A DNA stretch of 49,190 bases from a virus, in the UHGV virus genome UHGV-0382366; one strand, written 5' to 3'. Position 1 is the stretch's first letter; every line of letters begins with the position of its first letter. Below the pieces are notes generated by a model, which saw only the letters and a program-made list of their open reading frames with translations, was not told the origin of the DNA and made no database searches. The position numbers and the translations under genes were made by a program. Of the stretch, positions 46,296 to 49,190 are shown one piece after another.

Positions 46296-46499
46296 TCAAG
46301 ACTGGATAAACTCATCAATATACTTTTCAATACATTCAACACTCTGAATTTCTTCGCGCAACTCTTCTGGTTGTTCAAGAATTTTTTTCACAGCATTCCT
46401 GATTAAATTCTCCGTATTTTCCTTCTGAATTTTGATGTCATCTTCACACTTTTTGATGCGATACAACAAGCAATCCCATTTTCGTCTTGAAACCCACAT
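46296..46499 (-). CDS. Small hypothetical protein (67 aa) with the same RBS context.
   Basis: AAGGAAAGCGAGGTGAGGAAG-ATG. Confidence 0.4.
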   Translation of the reverse strand: MWVSRRKWDCLLYRIKKCEDDIKIQKENTENLIRNAVKKILEQPEELREEIQSVECIEKYIDEFIQS

Positions 46500-46557
46500 C
46501 TTCCTCACCTCGCTTTCCTTATATTCTGTCCTCTGCATCTTCCGGGCTTTGGGCGGG

Positions 46558-47319
46558 CTAGTCATTCATCACCATCTCAAACAGTTCATTAAATGTATCA
46601 CTGTAATACAACGGCTGCACTTCTTTCTGATTATGAGGACTGACTGCATTTTCACCGTATTTCAAACCTTTCTCTGTCAGTGATTTGAACTTCTTCACTC
46701 TTCCCTTACTTGACTGGTGTTCCTTTTCTTCCAAGATTCCGGCAGATAAAAGTTTCTTATTGAACTGCACCGCACTGATTCCGAGATTATTTTCTTTCAG
46801 CAGTGCTGTGAGTGACTTCATTGCCCTATTGCCGTTAAACTCATAATTCGGCAAGAACTCTGTCGGAATATGGTAAGAATCGTAGAAGCCTTTCAGCATC
46901 AGCAACTTGCTTGCATCGTTCATTCTTAACATGCTTGCTACTACTTCCAGTGATTCCACCTGTTCTTTTAACGGAATGCCTACGTACTGCGTCCCTTTTT
47001 CGATGAAGTCTTTCATCTTCTCGAATGCTTCAATATATGTAGCTGTGAAAATGACACCTTTCTTTCCGGTCATTTTGTTGGCGATCATGTCGCATCCTTT
47101 CTTTGTGCAGAGGTAACATGGAAGTGTTCTTCCGGTACTGTCTTTGTACTCTGATTCAATGAAATATTCACTCAATCCAAAATTGGCTTCAGTAAGATGT
47201 TTGACATATCCTTTGATATCTCTTAAGAGTTTTGCATGGTCTTTTCCTACCATCATTGCTACCTCTCTACTGTCGGTGAGTAGCTGACCGTTTTGTTCAA
47301 ATACTGTTAAATTGTTCAT
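46558..47319 (-). CDS. Rha-family (ORF6N) antirepressor-like protein.
   Basis: MNNLTVFEQNGQLLTDSREVAMMVGKDHAKLLRDI...CYLCTKKGCDMIANKMTG. RBS GGAGG. Confidence 0.65.
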   Translation of the reverse strand: MNNLTVFEQNGQLLTDSREVAMMVGKDHAKLLRDIKGYVKHLTEANFGLSEYFIESEYKDSTGRTLPCYLCTKKGCDMIANKMTGKKGVIFTATYIEAFEKMKDFIEKGTQYVGIPLKEQVESLEVVASMLRMNDASKLLMLKGFYDSYHIPTEFLPNYEFNGNRAMKSLTALLKENNLGISAVQFNKKLLSAGILEEKEHQSSKGRVKKFKSLTEKGLKYGENAVSPHNQKEVQPLYYSDTFNELFEMVMND

Positions 47320-47343
47320 TATTCCTCCTGTCTGTGCTATAAT
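47314..47343 (+). promoter_or_regulatory. Extended -10 promoter (TGcTATAAT at 47335-47343) for the + strand gene, overlapping the Rha start region.
   Basis: Read directly from the sequence. Weak -35. Confidence 0.4.
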
Positions 47344-47374
47344 CTCCCTATCAAATACGAAAGGATATGACACT

Positions 47375-47929
47375 ATGATCACTAATGATTCTAAAGTTAT
47401 TCTTGATTATCTTGCTTCTGTTTTTCAAAATCAAAATTCAGAAATGATAAATTTTGCCACCATAGCAGATGCCACTCAACTACCTATCTTCAAAGTAGAT
47501 GCTGCATTGAGATACCTGGAAGATGAAGGATATGTCAAAATCAAATTTTATAAGAGTGGTAGCTTTGTTCACCAAATTACTCATAAAGGTATAAATTATA
47601 AAGAATTTGAATCTGCTCTGAATCCAACTGCGCAAACTAATATTTTTAATGCACCTGTTACAGGTTCAGCTATTAGCAATACCGGATGTATCACCGTAAA
47701 CAATGGCATCTCTTTTGAAGAAGCCCTTTCTTTTATCCATTCACAAAACATTTCTTCAAAAGATACTGTTGAAGCCGAAAAATTGATTTCATATATAGAG
47801 GCTTTAACAGAAAATGACACGCCATTAAAAAAGGGATTTTTATCAAAATTTAGTGACATTTTATCTAAACATCATTGGCTCCCAGAGCTAGTTATGAAAC
47901 TTTTGTTCCAGTATTTAACGATGCAATAG
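47375..47929 (+). CDS. Hypothetical protein with an N-terminal winged-helix-like domain (184 aa). The only + strand gene in the early region.
   Basis: RBS AAGGA. N-terminal ...INFATIADATQLPIFKVDAALRYLEDEGYVKI wHTH-like segment. Convergent with and overlapping the next gene. Confidence 0.55.
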   Translation: MITNDSKVILDYLASVFQNQNSEMINFATIADATQLPIFKVDAALRYLEDEGYVKIKFYKSGSFVHQITHKGINYKEFESALNPTAQTNIFNAPVTGSAISNTGCITVNNGISFEEALSFIHSQNISSKDTVEAEKLISYIEALTENDTPLKKGFLSKFSDILSKHHWLPELVMKLLFQYLTMQ

Positions 47930-48179
47930 CTTGAAAATGGTTATCTAGTGTTATCGACAGACCGTATTTTCCCTTATCTAATGCAAAGGAAAATGCGGTC
48001 ACATTATTTACTTCTTTCCCATTCACAAGCATCACGCCTGAATCAACATCCAGAAAAAAGGATCTTAGCTCCAGCACATTTCCATCGCGTGCTGCTGCAT
48101 TTAACGGAAAACCGCATTTCCAACAAAATGAATCATTACCTCTGACTCTCTTTTCTTCTCCACATTTAGGACATTTCAT
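47892..48179 (-). CDS. Zinc-ribbon protein (95 aa), hypothetical.
   Basis: N-terminal CPKCG...CWKCG. Confidence 0.5.
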   Translation of the reverse strand: MKCPKCGEEKRVRGNDSFCWKCGFPLNAAARDGNVLELRSFFLDVDSGVMLVNGKEVNNVTAFSFALDKGKYGLSITLDNHFQAIASLNTGTKVS

Positions 48180-48235
48180 TTTTCTTTTTTCCTCCTACTC
48201 CCAAAAATACTCAACACTTACACCGAAGTAATCGG

Positions 48236-48892
48236 CTATGCCACTGATTCCAGGTAAGCCAGATCCTTCACGGTTTCCAGTCTCTTCTTACAATCCTGAT
48301 AAATCTCCTTGTAATGCTTTCCCGTCAGTATTCCAGTGTCGATCACATGGAGAATGATGTTTTCCATCAACGAAAGATTGTTCAGCTGCATAACTGTTGC
48401 TTCATCACGTTTTCCAATTCCAGCCATCTTATTTGCCAGTTTTGAATAGGTCATGTAAAGCATCTCTGCGTGTGTACTCCCCTGTTCTTTTGCGTATTCC
48501 ACTAACTTCTGAATGGTGTCTGTCTCTGCTCTTCTGGTCAGTTTTCCGGCTTTTCTTGTTTCTACCCATGTCTGAGTTGTCTTTTCTTTGATGAACGCTT
48601 CCATCTGATTAAATGCTTTGATGTACTGCAATTTCCATCCAAGAGCTTTCTTACCAGTGAACCCCATTGCCAGAAGGGAAAAGCCATCGCGGTTCATATA
48701 AAACTTCCTGTATGACTGACCATTGTCTGCTTTGTAATGTGATTGCCTGAACATATTTTGCACTGCTGAATTTTCAGCAATGAGATTATCTATATTTTGC
48801 AACACGTTTCTGTGTTCTTTATGAAACTTCTCAGCCACCTGTAAGCTGTCACACACTGCTTCATCATTTTTTAAATATACGAGTTCTGTCAT
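48236..48892 (-). CDS. Rha (ORF6N) + ORF6C-type antirepressor.
   Basis: N-terminal LVYLKNDEAVCDSLQVAEKFHKEHRNVLQNI. The C-terminal segment KLTRRAETDTIQKLVEYAKEQGSTHAEMLYMTYSKL is paralogous to the Bro protein at 22325. Confidence 0.65.
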   Translation of the reverse strand: MTELVYLKNDEAVCDSLQVAEKFHKEHRNVLQNIDNLIAENSAVQNMFRQSHYKADNGQSYRKFYMNRDGFSLLAMGFTGKKALGWKLQYIKAFNQMEAFIKEKTTQTWVETRKAGKLTRRAETDTIQKLVEYAKEQGSTHAEMLYMTYSKLANKMAGIGKRDEATVMQLNNLSLMENIILHVIDTGILTGKHYKEIYQDCKKRLETVKDLAYLESVA

Positions 48893-48920
48893 TATTCCTC
48901 CTCCAAAGTATCTTTAAAAG

Positions 48921-49121
48921 TTACTCTTTGGCAAAAAAAATTGAAACCGGGTCTTCGATATGAAGTCTGTCTATCATAATTTGTATTTCATTACTTCCAA
49001 AAACTCCGTTTTTCATTTTTTCATAAAACGTTTTTGGCGTAATTCCAATCATTCCAGCCACATCCGACTGAGAATATCCATTCTTAGCAATTACGCCTCT
49101 TAACTCATTTGTTTTTATCAC
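48921..49121 (-). CDS. Cro-like XRE-family HTH protein (66 aa).
   Basis: HTH ...YSQSDVAGMIGITPKTFYEKMKNG. Divergent from the cI-like repressor across the window junction. Confidence 0.7.
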   Translation of the reverse strand: MIKTNELRGVIAKNGYSQSDVAGMIGITPKTFYEKMKNGVFGSNEIQIMIDRLHIEDPVSIFFAKE

Positions 49122-49154
49122 CGTATCACCTCCGTATCTTTTTAAGTTACCCTT

Positions 49155-49182
49155 AGTATATCACATATTTGTAACTTGTCAA
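49155..49182 (-). promoter_or_regulatory. Early (Cro-side) promoter: -35 TTGACA, 16-nt spacer, extended -10 TGaTATACT. Flanked by AAGTTAC operator-like repeats.
   Basis: Read on the - strand. Repeats TTAAGTTAC at 49142-49150, GTAACTT at 49171-49177, and again at 32-40. Confidence 0.55.
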
Positions 49183-49190
49183 GATATTTT

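Noticed and set aside
1-49190. CRISPR array or tandem-iteron origin
   Set aside because: No regularly spaced identical repeats with unique spacers were found. The tandem repeats present are in-frame coding repeats (43993-44170, 35380-35451, 26597-26640).

Overview
The 49,190-bp window reads as an essentially complete temperate siphovirus-type prophage or phage genome of a low-GC Firmicutes (Clostridia-like) host. The two window ends together form a divergent cI-like/Cro-like switch (repressor at 64..540 on +, Cro-like HTH at 48921..49121 on -), so the sequence behaves like a circular or permuted phage genome opened inside the immunity region. The + strand at 64..5062 carries a lysogeny and cargo arm: XRE repressor, ImmA-like metallopeptidase, a membrane-anchored HNH nuclease, a large serine recombinase followed by a 46-bp attP-like inverted repeat, then a promoter-driven cluster of three small genes. 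Everything else is on the - strand, from high to low coordinates. First come the early genes (Rha/AntA/KilAC antirepressors, Rad52-like SSAP, NinB-like, RusA, replisome organizer, Lar + DNA methyltransferase, YopX, DUF551, an ArpU/sigma-like late regulator). Then tRNA-Asn plus a tRNA-like remnant, terS, terL, portal, MuF, scaffold, major capsid, connectors, major tail and two tail chaperones. An unexpected ~6.4-kb accessory block (16.8-23.2 kb) follows, and then TMP, Dit, a 1516-aa collagen-repeat Tal/receptor-binding protein, holin and a PGRP-amidase endolysin. The accessory block holds Bro and Rha antirepressors, a lipoprotein + membrane-protein operon with its own promoter, a HicB-like fragment, an RHH gene and a ~1-kb repeat-rich non-coding stretch. 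Product calls rest on motifs I can see in the translations (catalytic Ser and Zn ribbon, HNH, HPxQKP/FxGxG, G-X-Y repeats, lipobox) and on gene order. No database search was possible, so family names are recognition-level calls. The accessory block that splits the tail module, the TM-HNH protein, the lipoprotein/membrane operon, a 40-bp conserved element upstream of two structural genes, and the repeat-rich non-coding kilobase are the best candidates for undescribed biology.
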